From Psammoneis japonica (Eukaryota): a stretch of DNA of 20,000 nt. The stretch covers positions 56,994 through 76,993 of the forward strand of contig QPGO01000276.1 of NCBI GenBank assembly GCA_008632985.1. Direction: 5' to 3'. Numbering within the stretch: the stretch's first letter is position 1; every line of letters starts with the position of its first letter. Both the position numbers and the translations under genes were made by a program. Shown here piece by piece: positions 9,008-20,000 of the stretch. The notes beneath the pieces are model-generated. The model was not told the DNA's origin. It searched no databases and saw only the letters and a list, made by a program, of their open reading frames with translations.

Positions 9008-10382
9008 GAATCTTGCGAGTGCAAACGTGCCCCATGGCAGCTTAGGATGCCCACGCACATGAACCCGTTGTGCATCTGGCACGGAAAATGCCTGCAGCCC
9101 TACAACCAAAGACACTCACATCACTCTGCGCCACATCCAGCATTTTGCTCTTAGCACTGCAGCTCCCGAAAAGACACTCTCGTCAATCACAAGCATGACT
9201 CATCTTCCAACACAGCATTGCACAATTGCGAGCCTCTTGTGAGCAGGCTTTGAATCATTTCCTCAAAGTTCAATCAAAACACCAATGGAGCTCAAGGTTT
9301 CTTGCGAACGCTGCGCTGTTTCTGGACCCAATTGCCCACATGACGATGGATCTTTTTTTTACATTTCCTTGTTGGAACATGACAATGAGCATTGTCACAC
9401 ACTGGCATGTGTTGAAAGGTGTTCAATCTTTCACAGTTGGCATCCAATCCCCTGTGATGTGCATGACCTGACTCCAAACCCCAGTCAAAGCTACAATTGA
9501 AACGAAATTGGTCAGCTAAAGGTTGCGTCAAGCAGCTGCTAGACCGCGTGTCATGGACGGTCCCCTCCGGATGGGGCCCCGACGCAATTTACAATCAGTG
9601 GCAAGTCCTCAAAAAAGCATGCCATGGCTTCTATCCCATTGCAAGTGCTTTTTGAATCCTCCCCACCTGTCTCTTTGCCGTTTTGCCTGGCAGCAAAATT
9701 GCAATTGTTGTGGAATTAGCCGGCTGAACAGTTTTTCAGCAAAGTTTCAATGAGGCAGCAGAGTGAAATGATTGCTTGCCCGTGGAAACCAGCAGTTGAA
9801 GTTTTGGACAGGAAAACCTTCTCACAGGCTCCAGCAAGCAGCAATGTGCAACAAAAAAGGAGGGGGGACAGGTGGCGTAATCTGTCATCTGCTCTGCCAC
9901 TGAGCTACATTGCAATGGCTGCTGTGGTTGGACTTGAACCAACGATCTGATCCTCAGGAGGGCAAGATTGAATTGAGTTGCTGTTTGCCACCTGTTTCTG
10001 TGGAAGTTGTTGAAACATGTAAAGAGTGTGATGAGCAGATGCTCGAGTGCAATTCAATGTACGTGCTGTACACAGCTGGCGCGATGCAGTCTGGATCGGA
10101 TTTTGAGTCATGGCACGCAGAAAGAGACTCTTCGTGCCCCTGTTTAGATGGAGACATCTGGACGTCCGGCATGTCCCACCATTCGAAAATGACTTTTAGC
10201 TTCTCCTTGTGGGAGGGTGGCACCTCCAATCCAAGATGACCGGAAACACTCCTCAGAACTGTGACCGGCAAATCTCTTGGTTCCATCTCTCACTTTTCCA
10301 GCTTTGTTGGAACAGGAACATTGATCACTGTGACTGGATCATCTCAAAAGCTTGGAAAAGTTGCTCTTTCTCTTTTTTCACC

Positions 10383-12853
10383 ATGTCTGACTACTTTGCT
10401 TCGGGTCTTGATGACTGTGCGTTTGTCAACCTCGTGCATCAGCTCGAATCGGATGTGCTTTTGCCTCACTCGTCACAGTCTCCATCGTTGCCCACTCCTC
10501 AGGCTCGCCCCCTTGGGGCTTTGCTTCAGGGGGTCGCGGGGCTTCAAACCCTGGTGTGAGGGGCTCAAGTGCGGGCAGGGACTCTGGGAGTCACAGTCAT
10601 GGGCCTTCAGACATTGACCGGGCAGAATTGGGAGAGGTCATCTCCATTGAGGATGTTGTGCATCCTCTCTTCCGGGAGGGGCAAAGCACCAATGATCAAG
10701 TGTTGGATCGCTCATTGCATGTTGGTTTCTTTGGGCCGGAGGAAGGGAAGAGCAAGCGTGGTGCTGGGGAGACAGAGGAGGAAGGTGCATCTCCTTCATC
10801 ATCTCATGTTCCGCTTTGTTGCATTGCTTGGCTGGAAGGGACCAATGGCAGCCGTTGCCTTGGTGTCAAGGGAGGCGGCGCTGCTTTCTGTCTGAAGAAG
10901 GCGAGAGAGAGTGCCAGGTCAAACACAAGGGAGACAAGCTGCAACTCCCGTCCGATGGGTTGCTGGCAATTCTCAAAACACTGGACACAGCTTTTTGTCA
11001 ACCGGTTTTGGATGGTGGGTTCATTGCCGGTGACGTTTTGGTCAGTTGGGAGACAAAAACTGACACCTTGTCTGGTTGGCGTAAAAAGTTCTTGGTCGTT
11101 GGGGACAGTGAGGAGGTGATGACAGAGGAGGAGCTGGGAGCCTCTCTCCTTGAGTGCAAAGCGGCAGCTGATTTCAAAATGCCCGGTGGGAAGAAAGGTT
11201 CGAGCCTCCCACCTCCAGGTGATGGGAGAGCATTTGGTGCATTTAGCCCTTGCCGGCCGATGATCACAACAACCCCCACTCAGTTTTTGGCAGCAAACAA
11301 GGGTCCATCTGCCTTGGCCTGAGTTGCACAGTCCGTGGAGGATGGCTCACAGAATTTGGGAGAAGTTGGGGTTGACATGGGAAACCACTCTTGCACACAG
11401 GGCAAGCATTCCAACAGTGCAACGGACCTGCTCAGTTGAAAATTGGATCAGTTGGAAGCAGCCGTTGGGGTTCCTCCTCTTGGGTTTGATCAGGCCATCA
11501 AAGCACCTGCCATCTGGGGGACTTTGGCTAATGTCACGGCTGGGTCTCAGCCTCAGAGTGGAACTGACACAGTGGATGAGATCAAGGAGAAGCTCAGGGC
11601 ATTGGACTTGAAGCTTGTGACCCACTCTAACAAGCTGGTTGCGTCCTTCAGTGCACAACTTCAAACCTTTGAGGGTCAGATGTCAGGATTTGCGGCCAGC
11701 AGCGATTTCAACTCCCTGAAAGAAAATGTGTGTCGTGTGCATCAGCAGTTGGCAGCCAAGGTCCGAAATCTGGAATTGTTGGGGCCCCTGGCTGGGGGGG
11801 TGGCTGCAGGAGTTGGTTTGGGCTCGGTCACGTCCAGTGTGGAAGCTCGCATCGCGCGATTGGACCAGGACTTGAGCAAATTAAAGTCCAAGTCAGACAA
11901 AGCGGCTGTGAAGTTCTCCAGAGTGGGCGTTGCCTTGTGCGGAGAGTGCCAGGCTTGGATGGCAAGGCATTTCCTGTCCAGGGCCTGTGGGTGTCTCACT
12001 GATGCAGTTGTCTCAATGGACAGGATCAAGGGAATTGAGCCAGCCGCCCTGTGTCACTGCTTGGGGCAGTGGGCCAAATGTGAACATTGAGACTGAGGAG
12101 GATGCCCGGACCTTGGCAGGGTTCCAGTGCAGGATGCCTCACTTGCTGGACTCAGGCTCAGTCAAGGCAATGGAGTTGCTGGGGTTGCATCCTTCACACT
12201 TGGACAAGGCACCTGCACACGAGCATTGCAGAAACTTGGGAACTGAGCAATTCATTGAGTCAAAAATTGGGACCGCAGAGATGGGCGTGATGGAGGACAC
12301 AAATCAGCGGGTTGCAGCCGGAACCTTTGAGAGCCAGGTGGTGCGGGACACTCTGTCTAAGTCAGTTGCTTTCATTCGTTCCTTGTGTGCCTTCATCAAT
12401 TTGACCTGCAATTCCTTGACAAGTTTGAGCAAGTTTTCAAAGAAACAAGCATGGTCTTTAGCTTCAAAGCTGGTTTGTTGAGTGTTTGATGACATCCAGA
12501 AGGCGCGTTTGGGGGTGTTCACGACGATCAAGGGGACCGATCCGGATTCTGTCTGCAGCAAGATTTTGTGGACAGTCTTTCGCGCCCATGACATTGTGTC
12601 GGAGCACACGTCAGCCAGTTTTGTGTTGATTGCGTTGGAGCATGTCAAGTTCCTGGTGACAAATTCTGGCTTCAAAGCAGTGACGGATCTCCAATCGACG
12701 GTGAACTTGCTCATGGAAAAGTCCAAGAATGCAAGCTTGGCAGCTAAATTGGCACAGGCCGGGGGTGATTTGGCCCACGTGGAAACTGTTGAGCTTTGAA
12801 ACGAGATTAAAGAAATGGGCAAATGGATTGAGACATTGGAAAACAAGAAATGA
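10383..12853 (+). pseudogene. ORF1 (gag-like) of the YR retrotransposon, fragmented
   Basis: Consecutive + strand fragments from MSDYFASGLDD to ...KWIETLENKK*, including a Cys/His cluster (RCLGVKGGGAAFCLKK..CQVKH) and coiled-coil stretches; assigned by position upstream of RT. Confidence 0.6.
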
Positions 12854-12857
12854 GGGT

Positions 12858-15800
12858 CATGGGGACCGGAGAGCGACGACCTCACAGACCCGCTTGTGAA
12901 CCTGTGTCTGCCGGCAGCCCAGGTGACACAAGGCATGTGGTTTGGGGGGCAAAACCCTTTTCTTTCTGTGGTTCATGTTTGGTTGTTGCTTCTGGTCCCC
13001 CTGTCTGGCTGCTGTCTCTGTGGGTGGTAGAATGGTCAGAATTCTTTTTGGCGACCAACGGTGCGGGAGACACACAGTGGACCCAGTTGATTTTGGAACT
13101 CTTTTGATCGCAAATGGGACCTGCGCTCACCCCTGTCCCCTTGAACAAGGCACCCCATGTGGTGGACAAGGTGGACTTGGCCCTGGTGTCAGGCCTGCCC
13201 CCCTTTTTGGAAGCTTCAGGTTGGTTGATTCAAAACTCCCCTGTGATCATGGTCCCGGTGGGGAGGGGATCCCGGTGGTCTTTAAAAGGTTTGGGCCACT
13301 GTGACAGCCTTGGTGTGTCACACCCTTCTGTGGGGGGTGTTGCGTCATTCCGGATGACCCTGTTTTGACAACGAATCATCCTCCCGATTCTTTTGGATGG
13401 GCTGCACCTGTCCATTGGCCACATTCTAGACCATGAACTGGCAGCCCCTCCGGTGGATCCCCGCTTTCCTGGCACTTCTTACCGGGAGGACGACAAGCTT
13501 CATCCGGGGTCTCTGACCCGACCCATTGTTTGCCCATCCCACAGGTCACAGACAGGGTGGGTCACCCGCACACCATCTCCAGATGAAATGCTTGCAGCTT
13601 GGGACTTTCCCCTTCGACATTGCAGCCCGGTGGTGGTGGAGAAGGTTCGGGGAGGGGAGGGTCTCTTGGCCATCATCCCTTTGAACATTCTGTTGGCACC
13701 TCTGGAGTCATTTGTCCATGGGGTTGGTGCAAAATGAGGGTCTTGTACCTCTGGGGTCCAAGGGGGATCAACGCCAGCCGTCGGGCAATGAGCAACAGCA
13801 ACATGGCTCAAGGGAGTGGGTGGCTGCTTGCCCCACTTGTGGACTGACATCTCTCTCATCACCACCAAGGCTGCAAAAGGGGACAGCATGGCCCCCCCAT
13901 TCTGGCTGTGGGACAAGCAAGTTACGTTGGTGTTTCCAGAATTTGGGGCCACCTTGCCTGCTCTCTGGACTTTGGGATTGCGGCAGTGGCCCTGGCACAC
14001 CACTCGTTCTTTTCTCAGCTGTCTGTGGCACACATGTGGGTTGTCCTGGTCAGACTCTTTGGGGGTTCTCTGCAGGGAACACGGGGATGCCGAGGGGCAT
14101 CGTCAGGGGGGGGGTGTTGCCAACCCCCGCTCCCGCCCTTGTTGATGGACACAACTTCAGGGGTGGAGGTTCTTCTCCAGGTGACGGAGAGTTCCTGGTG
14201 GGGGTGGGACAGCGGCTCCTCACTGCTGTTTTGGCGGTGTCCTGCTCCCGCACAACGCACTGCCATGCATGATGGCATCCCAATCTTCGTTGAGGGACCC
14301 CTGCCGTGTAATTGGAAGAGGCAATGTGTGAGAGGAACCCCTCAGGAAATCCAGCAAATGGCAGACAAGATTCAGAAAGTGTGGACCCAAGGACACATTC
14401 AGCGGGGTCATGTGGTGAGTCTTGCTGATTGCTTCTGGGTCCCCAAGACAGTGCAAATGGAGACCCAGGGTCAAAATTTAGTTGAGGTTGTGGAAGATGT
14501 CCCCGCATGGTCTGCAATGGGACCTCTTTGGGTTTGAATGAGGCGCTGTGGGCCCCCTCCTTTTTCTCACCCACCCCAGCTTCGGTCTTGGGCTGTGTGA
14601 CAGTGGGTGCTTTTTCTGTGGACCTTGACCTAAGTGACATGTTCCTAAATTTTTTCATGGATCCAGCGATTTGCCCATGTGCTGGGGTGGACTTGTCCCC
14701 TCTCACCCTTCATCTCCCAGGAGAATTGACTCCTCCCAGCTTGAAGCGGTGGACGAGACTTTTCATGGGAATGCGACCGAGCCCACATCTTGCTGTGCGG
14801 TGCTGCCATTGGGCCAACGAAGTGGCAAGAGGTGACCCACTGAGAGCCAACAACGCAATGGGTTTCAACAAGGTCATTCTAAACTTGCCAGGTGACCCAA
14901 ATTTCAGCGTGAGTGAGCCGATGGTCATGAAATGGAACACGAAGGCATGATCTCTTGCAGGAGACGTAAAAACCTTTGTTGATGACTTGCGTGGGGTGGG
15001 TTTGGGTGAGGAGGCGGCATGGCAGGTGGGCCACCAAATGGCATCTAGGCTCCAACATTTGGGGCTGCAGAATGTGAGTCGAAAGGTTCGGCCTCCATCG
15101 CAAGCGGAAACGGGGGCCTGGGCTGGCTGCATTTTTTGCATTGCAAATGGTGACGTGACACAGTCAGTGTCTCAAGCCAAATGGGACAAGGCAAAGGGCA
15201 TTGTTGCTGACCTTCTCCAAATGCAAGAGGGCACACCAGACCAGTGCTCACCCTCCTTTGGACACAAGGACTTGGAATGTAAGCGAGGCTTCCTGGTTCA
15301 CTTGGCAATGACCTGCCCCTGGCTTGCCCCGTTTCTTAAGGGTGTGCATCTTACCTTGGACTCCTGGTGGCCAAATCGGAAGAAGGACAGATGGGCCATG
15401 TCAGGAAAGGAGTTCTCTAGTTGGGCACACCATGTTGCTGAGAAAAGGGGGACAGACGTGGTTGATCTCACAGAAAGCTTGTCGGGAAGGAAATCACCTG
15501 GTTCTGTAACGGCAGTGCCTAGACTGCAGTCAGACTTGCAAGTCATTGCTCGAATTCTTGAATCTGATGCTCCCTCTGTTCATTTAATTTGGTCTTCAAA
15601 GATCATGGCAGTCCTCTGTGGGTTTGGAGATGCTTCTGGTGAAGGTCTGGGAACATCAGTGGAAACCAAGGACGGGACCATTTTGCACCGCATTGGGGCA
15701 TGGGGGGAAGATGAGGCTGGAAACTCATCAAATTGGAAATGACTGTCTAACACGGTAGACACCATGGAGGAGATGGCTGAGGCAGGTGACTTGGAGGGAG

Positions 15801-16664
15801 TCAGCCTTTGCTTCTTTGCTGACAATTCGGTTTTGGATGCAGCTAATTACAAAGGCACGTTGTCTAGCCTGATGCTGCTTGAGCAGGTGATTTGCATGAA
15901 GGTGCTCAAGGTGAAGCACGGGTTCATGTTCCATCTTGTCCATGTGTCGGGGAGCCGGATGATTGCCCAAGGTGCTGATGGGGTGTCACGGGGTGTCCTC
16001 TCTGAAGGAGTGATGAGTGGTGTGAAGATGTTGTCCTTTGTTCCCCTCCACCTCAGCCCTGCAGCTCAGCCTCCAAAATTGTTTGATTGGATTTGCTCTT
16101 GGGCTGGAGCTCCGACCCCAGAACTGCTTTTGCCTCTAGATTGGTTCCAGAAGGGCCATGACATCTCTGGATGGGAATGTCCAAAACACAAAGCAATGGA
16201 GATGCCCACATTCCATCCCGGAACATGTTGCCAGGATAAAGTGACAGGATTCCTTCCACATTTCTGCTTGTCCAAGGTTGATGACCCTGGAATGGCAGAA
16301 GCAATCACACAAGGCTGCAGATTTAGTTTTCATGGTCCTGGCAGGAGCGGGTCCCTTCTGGCCAAACGAAATGCATGAACCTCTGCTCATTGGCCTTGCT
16401 TTTCCATTTGTTCCTCACAGGCCCTGGCAGTTGTGGGGTGCCCCTAAAATGCACGCAATGAACTGGGCCCTGTGCTGTGTGTGGGAAAATGACAATGTGG
16501 ATGAAAGGAATCTTTTGTGCCAATTTTGTGCACAGTGCAGGTCTCTGGCCACCTTGTCGGAAGGCATGGTGTCCAGGCTGTTGTGCTTCAAGCAGAAGCG
16601 TGACGTTCCATCTGGGGGGCACGACGTTGCAAGAGGATCCAAACAAGGACAAACTAGCTCCTGA
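12858..16664 (+). pseudogene. pol of the YR retrotransposon: long N-terminal extension, reverse transcriptase, RNase H, C-terminal tail
   Basis: RT motifs FWVPK, MVCNGTSLGLN, DLDLSDMFLNF, WTRLFMGMRPSP, KTFVDDLR (FVDD at 14975-14986), WAG; RNase H GFGDASGEGLG, SSNWK*L, FFADNSV, HLVHVSGSRMIAQGADGVSRG. Confidence 0.9.
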
Positions 16665-16728
16665 TGCAGATGGGGGACACGTGGAGGAGAATGAGAGGCA
16701 TTGAAAGCCATGTGACAAGAACAAATTC

Positions 16729-17961
16729 TTGTGCGCTCGTGTGGGGCACCATCTCATGGTTTTCTTTGAGTGTGATTTCTGTGTCTTCCACAAACTGTGT
16801 CAATGGGAGCCCCACCCTACGTTGCCATGGGATGAAGTGGCTTTAGCGTGCATCCATCGGGTGATCTTGGATGCCTTCTGGAGCCGAGAGACAGCAAGGA
16901 GAGGGCTTGCCCTCTCTGAGCACCTCGGGCTCTCAGGACCTCATCTGGAGCCAGGACCACTCCCAGCACATGACCATTGCGGGTGCAAGGTGGCCATGCA
17001 GATTGTTTTGGGATCAACCTCCCCTGGGCGGCATCCCACCTCTTGCACACAGTTCAACACTGTTCGGAAGTTACGGACAGCTTGCACCAACCAGGTTCAA
17101 GCCGCAGCTCAAGCCAATTCTTGCCCCCTGGCTTTAGCTGATTTAGAAAGAAAGCAGCATCTGCAGATGTGCAAGGATCCCTGCACATTGTTGTGGTTCC
17201 AACACTTTGTGACAGGATGCAAGAGACGCATGGGACAAGATTGGTGACCTGACCGAGCTGTCTTGGCAGAGACAATGCAGCACCTCCTCCCTTGAGTGAA
17301 GGAGAGAGATTTCAACTCGGAAAGTGACATGGAGCAGTTCACCTGTCTGGTGGCAGGACTGTGTTTTGTGGCGAGCTTTGTGCTTTTGTTGAGAGGTTCC
17401 GAGTGATTGATGATTGACTTGAATGCCATGGCGAGATGCCTCCCGAGGAACTCCTTGCATGTGATGGCACCTTTGTTGGAATGGGTCAAGGGAGAGCATG
17501 GAAAGCGGTGACACTTGTTGCCATGTGTTGATGTTGCTTTGTCAGGGATCAATGTCCATCAATGGGTGGAACAGGCAGTGTCCATCCACGCAGGTTGAGG
17601 GTGGTCTCGGGGCCTGGCAATCTCTGATGCAGCAGCTGTTGTGCTTTCATCTCATGAGCTGAACTCCCTTTTGCACACTTGCTTGGGAGACATTTGTGAT
17701 GAACATCCTGCTCCATTCACTGCAGACATCGGTTCCCATGCGGACATCCAAGAAAAACATGACGTCAGCCGATCTTTTTGCAGAGGATCAGACTCTTGGG
17801 CTGTGGCCCAAAAGGTTTCACCAGATGACATTGATGTGGTGAACCACTGGAAGAAGAAGGAGGGGGCGGGGGGAGTGAGGCCCACCAACAAGATGCAACA
17901 GCATTGTGCTGACATCTCTCTTCTTCTCCCATCACTCTTACGCTGTGCCAAGGCCATGTGA
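16729..17961 (+). pseudogene. Tyrosine recombinase of the YR retrotransposon
   Basis: Catalytic-order motifs LLRGSE (R), VKGE (K), SRSFCRG (HxxR-equivalent), VNHW (W) and MQQHCAD (catalytic Tyr position, now Cys at 17905-17907); several TGA stops. Confidence 0.82.
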
Positions 17962-18204
17962 CTTGAGTCTGTCCCTGACTTTGGACAGCATTGGAAGGTG
18001 ACGAATTTCTTCTCACTTGTGAGGTGGCCACTGCCTGGGAGTCTCATCAGGGGGGAACATGTGCTCGGCTTGGCCCAGTTTGACCTGGGGAGTCGCTGGA
18101 CCAAGCACTGGACAAGATCAGCAGAGCACTTTCATTCGGTGACCTGTGCTCCGATGTGGGGGAACCGGGTCTGGCATTTCTTCTACAATTTGGGGGGAGA
18201 AAAA

Positions 18205-20000
18205 ATGTTCAAGCCTGAGATGAAGTTGCACCCTTCATCATGCTGAGCAGCAACATTTGCCATGCAACACAAAAAGATGTCAAGGAGAAAATCATCTGCC
18301 ACACACAGAAGGAGTGTGAGCAAGGCATGCATCTGGCAAGATCTCCAGAGGACATGAAATGCAAGGACTGTAGTTCAGAGAACCCCCGTCACAAGCATCA
18401 ATGGTGGAACCTGACATCACCATTGTAGACTGCCAAGAGAAGGTGCAGACAAAAGAGCAAGAAAACAAAGAGCTGAAATGTGAGCACAAAACAGAGCTGA
18501 GTGACTGCTGCAGAAAAGTGGCACAGCTCAAAGTCAAGAAAACAAGATGACAATGATTGCCAAGATCTTAGATGATTCCTGCACCAAGTTGATGAAGCAG
18601 AGAATGCAAGGCAGTCCCACCAGTTGTCCCAGCACAAGGGATGATCCAATCAAGTTGTTGAAACTGATCCAATCTGTTGTGTTTGACTCATGAGAGGTCA
18701 ACATCCATTCTGTGCATGTGCCAATGCCATGAAGAACATCTCAGATGTGAGGCAACAAAAGAACACAACAAAAGAACAAATCACCAAATGACCACCTGCT
18801 CATGTTCAAAACCAGCAAGATGTTGCAAGCAAAGGACTGGGAGACAGGATGCTGGATGGATCCATCTCCAATGCCAAAGAATGTCAAGACAGAGATCATG
18901 CAGCACTGCGCAGAACAGCACTCAAGGGGTCAGCAATCAAGACATGGATGACCTGCCTTCTCATGGCAAACAGCACCAACTGTCATTGCAAGAGTTTGAA
19001 GAAGAGCTTTGTGAGAGTTTGGGTCCAGGCAAAAACACCCACCCGAAGTCTCCAGACAAGGCAATGGATGCATTGTTGAACCACCTGGAAGACAGTGATC
19101 CTCAAAATTGACACAAGAGCAAGAAGAGTGGCAAACAGAAAGACCACAAGGGTGGCAATGGAAACAGTGAGAACAACAACAATCAGTCTGACAATGCAAA
19201 GGACCAGAGCCATGCCCAGAAGAGCAGCAACTGTGAAGTGGCAGTGTGCTGCTCAAGTCCCCAGGCTGCAAACACTGAAGGATGTCATGCACAGCAACTG
19301 GCTCAGGAGAGCAAGAACAAAACCAGACACTGGGGGACAGAGTCATGTGCAGACTCGAGTTGGCAATGACAACCGCTCATTGGTGAACAGTGACAACATG
19401 AGTGCCCACACCACCAGATCTGACCAATCAACCTGCTCTGGCCAAAGCAAAAGTGCTGCATGGCATGGGTTGCAAGCAGCAAACAAGAGACCAGAGACAA
19501 GTGCAAGCCAAACCAACAAAGGCATCAAGAGATGTGAGATCACCTTCAACAATGGCTCTGCCCTCAGCATGGCAGCAAGCCCAAGATTGATGCACAACAT
19601 GCAACCAGCCAAGATCAAGATTGACCTGTCCACAAGTGCAGGAGAGGACACCCTGGACAAGGACTGCACACCATGCCCCAATGGGGAGGGGTGCAAAGCT
19701 TGGAAAAGAGAACAGGACAGCAAACATCCTCAGCCTGCCAGAGCAATGGACAAGTTCAGGTTGCTGGACAAAAGAAGACTGGCAAGCAAGTCATGGTGTT
19801 CAGAGTTGATGACATTGGACCACATGCACTCCTCACACCAAGCCAGCAATTCTTGGACCACACAAAAGATCTCCAAGAAAGTGAGTTGTGTGTGAGCATG
19901 CTGTCAAAGAAAATGAAAAAGAGCAACAAGAAGCACAGGAATGCACCCGGAGCTGTGGCTCCAATGGTGGAACAGAGCTCCAAATGCTTCGCTGAGAGAG
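18205..20000 (+). mobile_element. Second, strongly decayed LTR retrotransposon (diatom copia/CoDi-type) gag-protease, continuing beyond the window
   Basis: Gag-like KPEMKLHP, HATQKDVKEKII..QKECEQGMHLARS.EDM and LCESLGPGKNTHPKSPDKAMDALLNH; protease-like ITFNNGSALSMAASPRLMHNM...LSTSAG (recalled family pattern LDNGST.S...P.LV.NI...TNAG). No LTR identified. Confidence 0.65.

Larger units (their letters stand above)
10383..17961 (+). mobile_element. Tyrosine-recombinase retrotransposon (DIRS/Ngaro-like), decayed; coordinates cover the coding span, termini not resolved
   Basis: ORF1, then RT-RNaseH, then tyrosine recombinase, all on the + strand; no protease, DDE integrase or LTRs seen. Confidence 0.88.

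Noticed and set aside
9916..9985. tRNA gene on the minus strand (GTTGG-TTCAAGT-CCAAC T-arm followed by ...GCCA)
   Set aside because: The T-arm is good, but I could not build matching acceptor, D or anticodon stems; at most a decayed tRNA/SINE remnant. tRNAscan-SE would settle it.
9010..10230. Short ORFs between the ShKT pseudogene and the YR element
   Set aside because: No recognisable domain; such ORFs are expected by chance in stop-depleted DNA.
3727..17961. Alternative genetic code or RNA-editing-dependent genes (Cys/His standing for Tyr, TGA read-through)
   Set aside because: The neighbouring host gene uses Tyr normally, the TE frames also carry frameshifts and deletions, and the same changes occur in non-coding LTR DNA.

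Overview
Eukaryotic, repeat-rich window, most likely from a diatom (inferred from an SSA|FS plastid-type presequence and CoDi-like retroelements). From left to right: a SnoaL/NTF2-like host gene on the minus strand (1-612); a complete but decayed Ty1/copia element (659-7615, 207-bp LTRs, TGTGT TSD) with a 2.6-kb TIR DNA element (8-bp TSD) nested in its gag; a pseudogenised TM/coiled-coil/ShKT host-type gene (7719-9007); a decayed tyrosine-recombinase (DIRS/Ngaro-like) retrotransposon (~10.4-18.0 kb); and the gag-protease of a second, older copia (18.2-20 kb). The main signal is mutational. Repeat DNA has lost both CpG and TpA. All 15 differences between the two LTRs are transitions at CpG or TpA, 14 of them in the 3' LTR. 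Conserved Tyr codons have become Cys/His, which gives the direction TA->TG/CA (A:T->G:C, preferred context 5'-TAY). This looks like a repeat-targeted adenine hypermutation, opposite in direction to fungal RIP, and it stops at the edge of the host gene. All counts were made by eye; no database searches were run.
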